Source: Scyliorhinus canicula (lineage: Eukaryota). Taken from it: a stretch of DNA of 64,000 nucleotides. The position numbers and the translations under genes are program-made. The stretch covers positions 248,001 through 312,000 of the forward strand of contig NC_052176.1 in NCBI RefSeq assembly GCF_902713615.1, written 5' to 3'. The notes under the pieces are model-generated. The model was not told the DNA's origin, searched no databases, and saw only the letters and a list, made by a program, of their open reading frames with translations. This document shows, piece after piece, positions 26,594-37,583 of this stretch; the first letter of the stretch is position 1, and each line of letters opens with the position of its first letter.

Positions 26594-26887
26594 ACCCCTT
26601 TGAAGGAAAGTATTCTCTCAGCTCCTGTGACTCTGTGCAGCGACCAATCTGTCCTGGGAGTTATAGACTGGCAGCTCAGTCCTGATCCTCTGTGAGCTCA
26701 CACAGCTGACGAGAGGTTGAACTCACCGAGTGGGGTCTGCGAGGCATGGAGCTGCTCACCAGGAGAAAACTCTGTCCTGAACCTTCACCATCAGTCCATA
26801 GAACCGTAGCTTCAGGAAGAGGCCATCGTGTTAGCCCCAGTCACTGTCCCACAGCTCCGCGTCGCTCCACGTCATTCCATAGCTCCC

Positions 26888-27741
26888 CTTCATTCCCCAG
26901 CATTCCCACAGCTCCCCAGCATTCCCGCAACTCCCTGTCATTCCCCAGCATTCCCACAGCTCCCCAGCATTCCCGCAACTCCCTGTCATTCCCCAGCATT
27001 CCCACAGCTCCCTGTCATTCCCCAGCATTCCCACAGCTCCCCGTAATTCCCACAGCTCCCCGTCATTCCCCAGCATTCCCACAGCTCCCCGTCATTCCCC
27101 AGCATTCCCACAGCTCCCCGTCATTCCCACAGCTCCCCGTCATCCCGCAGCATTCCCACAGCTCCCCGTCATTCCCCAGCATTCCCACAGCTCCCCGTCA
27201 TTCCCCAGCATTCCCACAGCTCCCCAGCATTCCCACAGCTCCCGTCATTCCCCAGCATTCCCACAACTCCCTGTCATTCCCCAGCATTCCCACAGCTCCC
27301 CGTCATTCCCCAGCATTCCCACAGCTCCCCGTCATTCCCCAGCATTCCCACAGCTCCCCGTCATTCCCACAGCTCCCCGTCATCCCGCAGCATTCCCACA
27401 GCTCCCCGTCATTCCCCAGCATTCCCACAGCTCCCCGTCATTCCCACAGCTGCCCGTCATCCCGCAGCATTCCCACAACTCCCTGTCATTCCCCAGCATT
27501 CCCACAGCTCCCTGTCATTCCCCAGCATTCCCACAGCTCCCCGTAATTCCCACAGCTCCCCGTCATTCCCCAGCATTCCCACAGCTCCCCGTCATTCCCA
27601 CAGCTCCCTGTCATTCCCCAGCATTCCCACAGCTCCCCGTCATTCCCCAGCATTCCCACAGCTCCCCGTCATTCCCCAGCATTCCCACAGTTCCCCGTCA
27701 TTCCACAGCTCCCCTTCATTCCCACAGCTCCCCGTCATTCC
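26888..27741. repeat. C-rich minisatellite (CATTCCCCAGCATTCCCACAGCTCCCCGT, 29 bp, with shorter variants)
   Basis: Tandem periodicity. Confidence 0.93.
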
Positions 27742-28074
27742 CTCCATCCCACCCCATCCAGTGAAACGGACAGTTTTCCTGTCTGATTGGGTAGGAGCTG
27801 AGCCAGCTATCGCTGCGGAATGACGTGGAGCTGTGGGAACGCTGGGGAGCTATCGGTGTAAGAGGTCCCTATCCCCCCTCCCCCCCCCCCCATTCCCCAG
27901 GGGAGCGGAGACCCCTGCAGCCCCCTCAGCCCAACTCTGCAGCCGGTGTTTGTGTGTGGGGGGGGGGGGGGGTCCGTGGTTTTAACCACAGACACACTGT
28001 GACAACCAGCCCATACCCACTGCAGCCAACCCGTCCCCTGCATTGACTTGGTCAGGTACAGGTTGGCATTGGGG

Positions 28075-28988
28075 TCCGGGGGCCGGGTTGGGGGGGGGGG
28101 GGAGAGTCAGGCTGTTCGGGGCCGGGTGGGTGGGGGGGGGGAGAGACAGTCTGTTCGGGTCCGGGGGCCGGGTGGGTGGGGGGGAGAGACAGGCTGTTCG
28201 GGGCCGGGTTGGGGGGGGGGAGAGACAGGCTGTCTGGGGGCCGGGTGGGTGGGGGGGAGAGACAGGCTGTCTGGGGGCCGGGTGGGTGGAGGGGAGAGAC
28301 AGGCTGTTCGGGGCCGGGTGGGTGGGGGGGAGAGACAGGCTGTCTGGGGGCCGGGTGGGTGGGGGGGAGAGACAGGCTGTCTGGGGGCCGGGTGGGTGGG
28401 GGGGAGAGACAGGCTGTCCGGGGGCCGGGTGGGTGGGGGGGGAGAGACAGGCTGTCCGGGGGCCGGGTGGGTGGGGGGGAGAGACAGGCTGTCCGGGGGC
28501 CGGGTGGGTGGGGGGGGGGAGAGACAGGCTGTTCGGGGCCGGGTGGGTGGGGGGGGGGGAGACAGGCTGTTTGGGGCCGGGTGGGTGGGGGGGAGAGACA
28601 GGCTGTCTGGGGGCCGGGTGGGTGGGGGGGAGAGACAGGCTGTCTGGGGGCCGGGTGGGTGGGGGGGAGAGACAGGCTGTCTGGGGGCCGGGTGGGTGGG
28701 GGGGAGAGACAGGCTGTTATGGGCCGGGTTGGGGGGGGGGGGGAGAGACAGGCTGTTCGGGGCCGGGTTGAGGGGGGGGGGGAGAGACAGGCTGTCCGGG
28801 GGCCGGGTGGGTGGGGGGGGGAGAGACAGGCTGTTCGGGGCCGGGTGGGTGGGGGGGAGAGACAGGCTGTTCGGGGCCGGGTTGAGGGGGAGGGGAGAAA
28901 CAGGCTGTCCGGGGGCCGGGTGGTTGGGGGGGGGAGAGACAGGCTGTTCGGGGCCGGGTGGGTGGGGGGGAGAGACAGGCTGTTTGGG
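28075..28988. repeat. G-rich about 39-bp minisatellite (GGGCCGGGTGGGTGGGGGGGAGAGACAGGCTGTCTG)
   Basis: Tandem units with four G-runs each. Confidence 0.93.
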
Positions 28989-29576
28989 CCTAGACAGGAT
29001 GGACATCAGCACACAGACATCGGCTTTGTTGCATCGGGATCTCCGTGGAGCAAGTCCGATATCTCGGCTTCCCCGTTTTGATGCATTGTGCTCCGATGTG
29101 TGAGGCAGAGGTGACCGAACGAGGCTATCTCGAGCAGATTGATATTGTTTGTGTTGTATTCGATTCTCCCACAACTGTGGCAAAGTTTTATTGCCTTCAG
29201 GACCCCAGCCATTGCAAGCTGTACCGGTAATCGGGAGCAGATGGGAGCACCTTATCGCTGTTAGTCAAAACTGTTACAGACACTTTGCAGTTCAGTATCG
29301 TCAACACTGATGACTCGCTGGCAAATTGCTGTATGAAATGGGGTGGGGCTGCTAAACATTACAATTGACGAACCTCTTTCCCATCATCCCTCCCACCTCC
29401 ATGTCGCCCCCTTTGCCCCACTTGCTGCCTTCCCTATCCCCCCTCCTTTCCTCAGCAATCTCTCGCACCCGCCTTTCCTGGTTCCCCCCCCCCGCTTCCC
29501 CCTCCTGGTCTCTTCCATCCCCTGTCCCCCACCCCCACCCCAACCACCTCCACATGGCATGTGAGACTGGTTTCCT

Positions 29577-30720
29577 GTTAAATGTGTGTCAGTGTGTGAG
29601 ACAGACGTGGTAAATGTGTGTCAGTGTGTGAGTGACTGATACGTGGTAAATGTGTGTCAGTGTGTGAGTGACTGAGACATGTTAAATGTGTGTCAGTGTG
29701 TGAGACAGACGTGTTAAATGTGTATCAGTGTATGAGTGACTGAGACGTGGTAAATGTGTGTCAGTGTGTGAGACAGACGTGGTAAATGTGTGTCAGTGTG
29801 TGAGTGACTGAGACGTGTTAAATGTGCGTCAGTGTGTGAGTGACTGAGACGTGGTAAATGTGTGTCAGTGTGTGAGACAGACGTGTTAAATGTGCGTCAG
29901 TGTGTGAGTGACTGAGACGTGGTAAATGTGTGTCAGTGTGTGAGACAGACGTGTTAAATGTGTGTCAGTGTGTGAGTGACTTAGACGTGTTAAATGTGTG
30001 TCAGTGTGTGAGACAGACGTGTTAAATGTGTGTCAGTGTGTGAGTGACTTAGACGTGTTAAATGTGTGTCAGTGTGTGAGTGACTTAGACGTGTTAAATG
30101 TGTGTCAGTGTGTGAGTGACTGAGACGTGTTAAATGTGTATCAGTGTATGAGTGACTGAGACGTGTTAAATGTGTGTCAGTGTGTGAGACAGACGTGTTA
30201 AATGTGTGTCAGTGTGTGAGTGACTTAGACGTGTTAAATGTGTGTCAGTGTGTGAGTGACTTAGACGTGTTAAATGTGTGTCAGTGTGTGAGTGACTTAG
30301 ACGTGTTAAATGTGTGTCAGTGTGTGAGACAGACGTGTTAAATGTGTGTCAGTGTGTGAGTGACTTAGACGTGTTAAATGTGTGTCAGTGTGTGAGTGAC
30401 TTAGACGTGTTAAATGTGTGTCAGTGTGTGAGTGACTTAGACGTGTTAAATGTGTGTCAGTGTGTGAGTGATTTAGACGTGTTAAATGTGCGTGTCAGTG
30501 TGTGTGACTGGTGTATGTCAGTGTGTGAGACAGGCGTGTTAAATGTGTGTCAGTGTGTGTGAGACAGGCGTGTTAAATGTGTGTCAGTGTGTGTGAGACT
30601 GAGACGTGTTAAATGTGCGTGTCAGTGTGTGTGACTGGTGTATGTCAGTGTGTGAGACAAACGTGTTAAATGTGTGTGTCTGTGTGAGACAGACGTGTTA
30701 CATGTGTGTGTCAGTGTGTG
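29577..30720. repeat. 31/36-bp minisatellite (GTGTTAAATGTGTGTCAGTGTGTGAG(TGACTT/AC)AGAC)
   Basis: Tandem periodicity. Confidence 0.93.
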
Positions 30721-30948
30721 GGGAGACTGTGAATTTTGCACACGTCAAAGTGAGGGATGTTTGTCCCGGGAACAGGAAACACTTTCCATTTTGGTCAGTG
30801 ACAGAATCGAGCGTTCCCGGGACAGTAGCAGTTCAAGCTGCTTCATTACTGTCACCATTGTGCCTGCACTGGCTGCCATTCCTCCCCCCCACCTCCGATG
30901 TGAGGTTTGCCTTCTCTGACCCAGCGCAGGATTGTTTTGGCGATAAAG

Positions 30949-30986
<38 letters not shown>

Positions 30987-31676
30987 TGCTTGGATTTGCC
31001 CACACCTCCGATCAGATGCGACCTCGCCTCCAGCAGATAGGGCCGGACCTGACCCCCGCCGTCTCTAAAACCCTCCACGAGGCAAGTGCCTCAATCCCAT
31101 TTGGTGCACCTCCCTCCCCGTCTCCTCTCTTCCCCACCCTCACCCCCCCTCAAAGCAGAAGTCACGTCAAGAGCTCCCCCCCTCCCCTTGCTATGTGCCG
31201 GGGAAACCGGACTACAATCTCCGATTTCCAATCCCTCGATCAGGAGCGGAGCCCAAAATCTTTGGGACGAGTGCGCACGATGTTTGCACAAGGGGTTTCC
31301 GTGAATTTAAAATTCCCTGAGAATACAGCCTGTGCTGTTCTCTGGGGAGTAACGTCTTATTTTTTATATAATAGATATATATACACACTTTAGTAATATT
31401 GTAGTGAAACGCAGCGACTAATACAGAATCCTTCTAATGGATCTTACTAATTTTAAAGATGAATTGCGTGCTCTATTTCAAAGGTATTTTTTCCCCCTCA
31501 CATTTAGTGTGATAAGTATTTTTCCAACGTTGTATAGCACAGGCCCTTGAACCTTTTTCCAGTGCAGATTTATTGATAGATCTTGCTTTTCCCTCTCTCT
31601 CTCTCTCTCTCTGGGTAGGGGAGGGGGGGAGGGTTTCCACAAGGTTCCGACATTTTGGTTTTTTTTTTTCAATGTT

Positions 31677-31682
31677 AATAAA
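31677..31682 (+). terminator. candidate distal polyadenylation signal (DPF2 long 3'UTR?)
   Basis: AATAAA at the end of an AU-rich, 3'UTR-like block (31355-31680). Confidence 0.45.
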
Positions 31683-32160
31683 AGCTTTGCACAAAACGAA
31701 TCCCGCTTCGGCCTCTTCACTCGGGAGCTTTCCTCCTTGCCTCACCCCTGCCTCGAGACCACGTGGTGGGTCTGCGCCACCGCCATCTGCTGGTTGGAAG
31801 ACGCACCGTCGGCCATCTACAATATTGCTTACCGGCATATCGCCACATCCCCCTTCCTCTGAACACCTGAATGTTTGTTTTACAACCATTATTACTATTT
31901 TAACTTTATGTAATATGTTTAAACAATGTGAACAAGTTCTTATGGACACTTAAACATGATATGCCTGTCAACATCCGTCTCTTTCGCCCAAGTTATTGTG
32001 CCTCCCTCACGGGGATCTGTGGGCTGTTGCCAGCCTTTTCAAAGAGCAGTCTGCATGTCGGCCTCTTGCTTCTTCTCCTCTTTACTCTGTACCTTTGGAA
32101 GGCCCTCATCCGTGACGGCCACCCGTGCGTCTTCTTTCCCCTTTCTGCCACACCGCTGTT

Positions 32161-32376
32161 GTTTTTTTTTTAAATTTAGAGTATCCAATTAATTTTTCCA
32201 ATTAAGGGGCAGTTTAGCGTGGCCAATCCACCTACCCTGCACATCTTTAGGATGTGGGGACGAACCCCACGCAGAGACAGGGAGAATGTGCAAACTCCAC
32301 ACGGACAGTAACCCAGAGCCGGGATCGAACCTGGGACATCGACGCTGTCAGGCAGCAGTGCTAACCCACTGCCTCG
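32161..32376 (-). mobile_element. V-SINE variant with A-rich tail; TSD CCGCTGTT
   Basis: CCGCTGTT at 32153-32160 and 32377-32384. Confidence 0.85.
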
Positions 32377-32490
32377 CCGCTGTTATTCTGAGTGTTTGCC
32401 GTTTCTTTTGTCCCGAGTTTATCAGTCATGATCTCACCTTTTCTGCTTGTGTCAGTGGGATGAGCTCGCCCTCCCAGTCTTCTCCTCTTC

Positions 32491-32829
32491 CTGCGCTCGG
32501 AGCTGGTCTTCACCCTGCGCTCGGAGCTGGTCTTCCCCCTGCGCTCGGAGCTGGTCTTTACCCTGCGCTCAGAGCTGGTCTTCACCCTGCGCTCAGAGCT
32601 GGTCTTCACCCTGCGCTCGGAGCTGGTCTTCACCCTGCGCTCAGAGCTGGTCTTTACCCTCCGCTCAGAGCTGGTCTTCACCCTGCGCTCAGAGCTGGTC
32701 TTCACCCTGCGCTCGGAGCTGGTCTTCACCCTGCGCTCAGAGCTGGTCTTCACCCTGCGCTCGGAGCTGGTCTTCACCCTGCGCTCGGATCTTCCCCCTG
32801 CGCTCGGAGCTGGTCTTCACCCTGCGCTT
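32491..32829. repeat. 24-bp repeat (CTGCGCTCGGAGCTGGTCTTCACC), about 14 copies
   Basis: Periodicity; the minus strand reads GEDQLRAQ. Confidence 0.93.
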
Positions 32830-33197
32830 GGAGGTCTGCGGAGTCTCGGGTGGATCCTGAAGCGCTGTGCGTCATCACTGGATTGTGTAACCACGTCTGC
32901 GGCCTCAGCGGGATGTTGCAGCGTCTCGCTTTCTGGTGCCTGGCTGGAGTTCGATCTACGGCAACGTGTACCGCCCCTTCTGGGCTCCCTGGAGCATCGC
33001 TCAATGGCTCCTCTTCGCTAGAACTATCAATGCCGGCATTCTCTGGTTGTGACGATCCAGGTATTGGGTCAGCATGGTCTTGTTTGAGGATATATGATTG
33101 ATCCATTGAGCTGCATAGCGAGATAGTCATCAGTTCCTCTGCTGTTTCACAATCTCTTCAACATCAGAGTTGATATCATCAAATTCATCATCGATGA

Positions 33198-33431
33198 GGG
33201 CAGCACGGTGGCGCAGTGGGTTAGCCCTACAGCCTCATGGCGACGAGGTCCCAGGTTCGATCCTGGCTTGGGTCACTGTCCGTGTGGAGTTTGCACATTC
33301 TCCCCGTGTCTGCGTGGGTCTCACCCCCACAGCCCAAAGATGTGCAGGCTAGGTGGATTGGCCACACTAAATTGCCCCTTAATTGGAAAAATATAATTGG
33401 GTACTCTAAATTTATTTTTTTTTAATTTTTT
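33198..33431 (+). mobile_element. full-length V-SINE variant with 15-bp TSD
   Basis: AATTCATCATCGATG at 33182-33196 and 33432-33446; A box and GGTTCGATCC B box. Confidence 0.92.
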
Positions 33432-34366
33432 AATTCATCATCGATGTCTTCCTCAGTATCCTGGAGGATCAGGGAGTTGACTACCGGAATTGTTTCAGAG
33501 GCCTGAAACGGTTCAACAAGTTCCTCTGCAGCAAGCTTCTCTAAGACTGGGACGATGTTGCCTGTTTCTAGCTTGCTTCAATGGCTGTTCCTCCCGAGTA
33601 TCAGCAAGTTGGATCTCAGTTTTCATTTTGGAGTGCGCCAGCTCAGAGCTCCCGCTCTTCGCAGTGTCCAGGGCAGCCTGGGCATCCCCCGTGACCCCCG
33701 CGTCATTCTGTCCAAACCCCTGGAAGAGCACACCTTGGGCCTTTTCATTAAACCTGTCCTTGCTCCTGCGACACAGATCAGCGAGCAGTTCGCACAGGTC
33801 TTCGTCTGTCTCACCTTGCACACCATTACTTTCCGCATCCTCTTCGAAGTCATATATATCTCCGTAATGTTCATCATCGGATTCAGCATTGTCTGCAATC
33901 ATTTCTCCTGTAAAATACAACACTGCCCACGGAATTCTCTGTTCACCCCTGGAGGCCACCATGTCCAAAGTCAGCCTTGAGTTTGGCTGTCGAGCTTTTA
34001 CTTTAACATTCCATGCTGTGGAGCTTCAGGAGGATTAAAGAAATGAACGAACGATTCATTCGGTACAGTTCTCGTAACTGTTCTGCGAGTGCTTTGACCT
34101 TTGTGCTTCGGTTTAGTTTGAATTCTTTTCAACGTGACATTTTCCCCCTCCCTCCACTCGATCTTAAGGCCTGCACAGCCCAGGATTTGTGGTTCACCAA
34201 ATAATGATTCATGCGGCCACGAATCCATCTGATATACTTTCCTGATCAACTCATTTGTGAAATGCTCACTGTGCTCGGATTTAAACTTAACGAAAAGTTA
34301 GAGATGAATAACGACAGTGTTACATATATATTGACATATCCTAGGTTAATAACGATCATGTTCTGT

Positions 34367-35841
34367 GTAAATAGAGATATCGTTCCAGGTAAATAGAGAT
34401 ATCGTTCCAGGTAAATAGAGATATCGTTCCAGGTAAATAGAGGTATCGTTCCAGGTAAATAGAGATATCGTTCCGGGTAAATAGAGATATCGTTCCAGGT
34501 AAATAGAGGTATCGTTCCAGGTAAATAGAGATATCGTTCCAGGTAAATAGAGGTATCGTTCCAGGTAAATAGAGATATCGTTCCGGGTAAATAGAGATGT
34601 TGTTCCGGGTAAATAGATATATCGATCCGGGTAAATAGAGATATCGTTCCAGGTAAATAGAGATATCGATCCGGGTAAATAGAGATATCGATCCGGGTAA
34701 ATAGAGATATCGTTCTGGGTAAATAGAGATATCGTTCCAGGTAAATAGAGATATCGCTCCAGGTAAATAGAGATATCGATCCGGGTAAATAGAGATATCG
34801 TTCCAGGTAAATAGAGTATCTTTCCGGGTAAAGAGATATCGCTCTGGGTAAATAGAGATATCGCTCTGGGTAAATAGAGATATCGATCTGGGTAAATAGA
34901 GATATCGATCCGGGTAAATAGAGATATTGTTCCGGGTAAATAGAGATATCGATCCGGGTAAATAGAGATATCGATCTGGGTAAATAGAGATATCGATCCG
35001 GGTAAATAGAAATATCGTTCCGGGTAAATAGAGATATCGATCCGGGTAAATAGAGATATCGATCCGGGTAAATAGAAATATCGTTCCGGGTAAATAGAGA
35101 TATCGTTCCGGGTAAATAGAGATATCGTTCCGGGTAAATAGAGATATCGATCCGGGTAAATAGAGATATCGATCCGGGTAAATAGTGATATCGATCTGGC
35201 TAAATAGAGATATCGATCCGGGTAAATAGAGATATCGATCCGGGTAAATAGTGATATCGATCTGGCTAAATAGAGATATCGATCCGGGTAAATAGAGATA
35301 TCGATCCGGGTAAATAGAGATATCGATCCGGGTAAATAGAGATATCGATCCGGGTAAATAGAGATATCGATCCGGGTAAATAGTGATATCGATCTGGCTA
35401 AATAGAGATATCGATCCGGGTAAATAGAGATATCGATCCGGGTAAATAGAGATATCGATCCGGGTAAATAGTGATATCGATCTGGCTAAATAGAGATATC
35501 GATCTGGCTAAATAGAGATATCCGGGTAAATAGAGATATCGATCCGGGTAAATAGTGATATCGATCCGGGTAAATAGAGATATCGATCCGGGTAAATAGT
35601 GATATCGATATGGCTAAATAGAGATATCGATCTGGGTAAATAGAGATATCGATCCGGGTAAATAGAGATATCGATCCGGGTAAATAGAGATATCGATCCG
35701 GGTAAATAGAGATATCGATCCGGGTAAATAGAGATATCGATCCGGGTAAATAGAGATATCGATCTGGCTAAATAGAGATATCGATCCGGGTAAATAGTGA
35801 TATCGATCTGGCTAAATAGAGATATCGATCTGGGTAAATAG
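34367..35841. repeat. 22-bp minisatellite (GTAAATAGAGATATCG(A/T)TCC(A/G)G), about 67 copies
   Basis: 22-bp periodicity. Confidence 0.97.
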
Positions 35842-35880
35842 ACAGAGAATGAGATGAATCTTCAGACTGTGTGTAAATAT

Positions 35881-35886
35881 TTTATT
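35881..35886 (-). terminator. candidate polyadenylation signal of CHRM1
   Basis: AATAAA on the minus strand about 1.7 kb downstream of the CHRM1 stop. Confidence 0.4.
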
Positions 35887-36339
35887 GTTGAAACATTGGC
35901 CGTTCTTTACATTGCCACAGCAAGGTGTACCTGACATGGAAAGCAGCATCAGCCTTTCACATACAATCAATATTTAACTTCACTTCCCCATAACGGAAAT
36001 GCCTCTGTTACCTGTGAAACACTTTGGGGCATTCCTGAGATGGTGGATTGTTGCTGAAGGCACCACACTCGGTGGGAATATGAGTTGTGGGGAGGATGCA
36101 AGAAGACTTCAGGGGGCTTTGATAAGGCAAAGTGAAGACAGGATCCTGGCAGATGGAATATAGTGGCCTGGATTCTCCGCAGCCCCGCGGCAAAATCACG
36201 TTTAGCATGGGGGCGGAGAATCGACCTTCCCACCTATATCTGGGCTGGCACCGCTCTGTCCCCGGAGAATCGACCTTCCCACCTATATCTGGGCTGGTAC
36301 CGCTCTTTAGGAAGGATAGGCAAAAAAAAAAAGCATTTG

Positions 36340-36750
36340 GGGTGGTGCTGATAATGGAGGAAGAAACCCAGAGGGTTGACAAAACTGATTCCTGGGATGG
36401 AGGGATTGTCCTGGGAGTAGGAAAGATTGACTAAATTGGGCCTTTTATTCTCTTGGTGGTTGGGAGTATGAGATGACCTCATTCAGACTGCGTACAGCGC
36501 TCGACAGGGTAGACGTGGGAAGGATGTCTCCCCCCGGCTGGGGGTTGTGGCGGAGTCTAAAACCAAGGGATACGGTGTCAAAATCAGTGGCAGGACATTT
36601 TGGGCTGACATGAGAGGTGCGTTGGTGAGGAATCTTTGGAATTCTGTCCCCAGAGGCTGTGGGAGCTCAATCACTGAGTCTGTTGAAGACTCAGATCGAT
36701 ACAGTTCCAGTTATTGAAGATATCAAGGGATGTGGGAATAGTGCAAGAAA
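36340..36750 (+). mobile_element. old CR1 3' fragment
   Basis: Degenerate LIPGMEGLS...NLWNSVP motifs. Confidence 0.6.
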
Positions 36751-36751
36751 A

Positions 36752-37083
36752 TCATAGAATTTACAGTGCAGAAGGAGGCCATTCGGCCCATCACCGGCTC
36801 TTGGAAAGAGCACCCCACCCAAGGTCAACACCTCCACCCTATCCCTATAACCCAGTAACCCCACCCAACACTGAGGGCAATTTTGGACACTAAGGGCAAT
36901 TTAGCATGGCCAATCCACCTAACCTGCACATCTTTGGACTGTGAGAGGAAACCGGAGCACCCGGAGGAAACCCACGCACACATGGGGAGGACGTGCAGAC
37001 TCCACACAGACAGTGACCCAAGCCGGGAATCGAACCTGGGACTGTGGAGCTGTGAAGCAGTTGTGCTATCCACAATGCTGCCC
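36752..37083 (-). mobile_element. V-SINE/HE1-like SINE
   Basis: Same body as 10109-10445; 5' end GGGCAGCATTGTGG at 37083. Confidence 0.87.
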
Positions 37084-37583
37084 AATGGCGTTGGTAATGA
37101 TCAATACATCAGCAAGGAAGGTCTTTGCTGCGCATTGTGTCATTGCTGGGTGGGGCCTTCCTACTGGCAGAACGGCTGTACCTCTACCGAACACCTATTG
37201 CACTTCTGAAAACCGGCCAATTCATTGTCTGTGCTTTGGATTGTCCTTCAACAGGATGAGGCCATTCAGCCCCTCGAACCTGTTCTGCCAACGGTCAGTG
37301 CTCACGATGAGATGCTGGACACAGTGTAGGGTGGTCCCGGGCGGGCGGCGGGGGCTGGTGGTGGTTGTCAAGGAGAGAATCGCCTCCCCTGCAGACCCGT
37401 TCCTTACAAACTGGGGCCGTTGAACCCAGCAGCCGCCGCGATAGGCCCAGCCTCTCCGAACTAGTCCCCGGCATCGCACCGTGAGGATCCATTGACGTCC
37501 ACCAACCACGGCAGCGTTCGCCATCGTATTTTCGGGATTCCTAATTGGGTTGGGTGGAGGACAGGAGGGTGGGGGTCTGAATC

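Larger units (their letters stand above)
32039..34367 (-). pseudogene. intronless NAP1-like (NAP1L1/NAP1L4 family) pseudogene with a long acidic C-terminal extension
   Basis: EHFTNELIRKVY...IEWREGENVTLKRIQTKPKHKG...RTVTRTVPNESFVHFFNPPE...IPWAVLYFTGE aligns with the NAP domain. Contains stops, frameshifts and two SINE insertions. Confidence 0.8.

Noticed and set aside
29300-29380. Box C/D snoRNA (TGATGA)
   Set aside because: No matching D box or terminal stem at a suitable distance.
36300-36345. MALAT1/NEAT1-like 3' end (A-rich tract AAAAAAAAAAAGCA; these loci are near DPF2 in human)
   Set aside because: No upstream U-rich motifs and no tRNA-like structure follow; the tract leads into a CR1 fragment.
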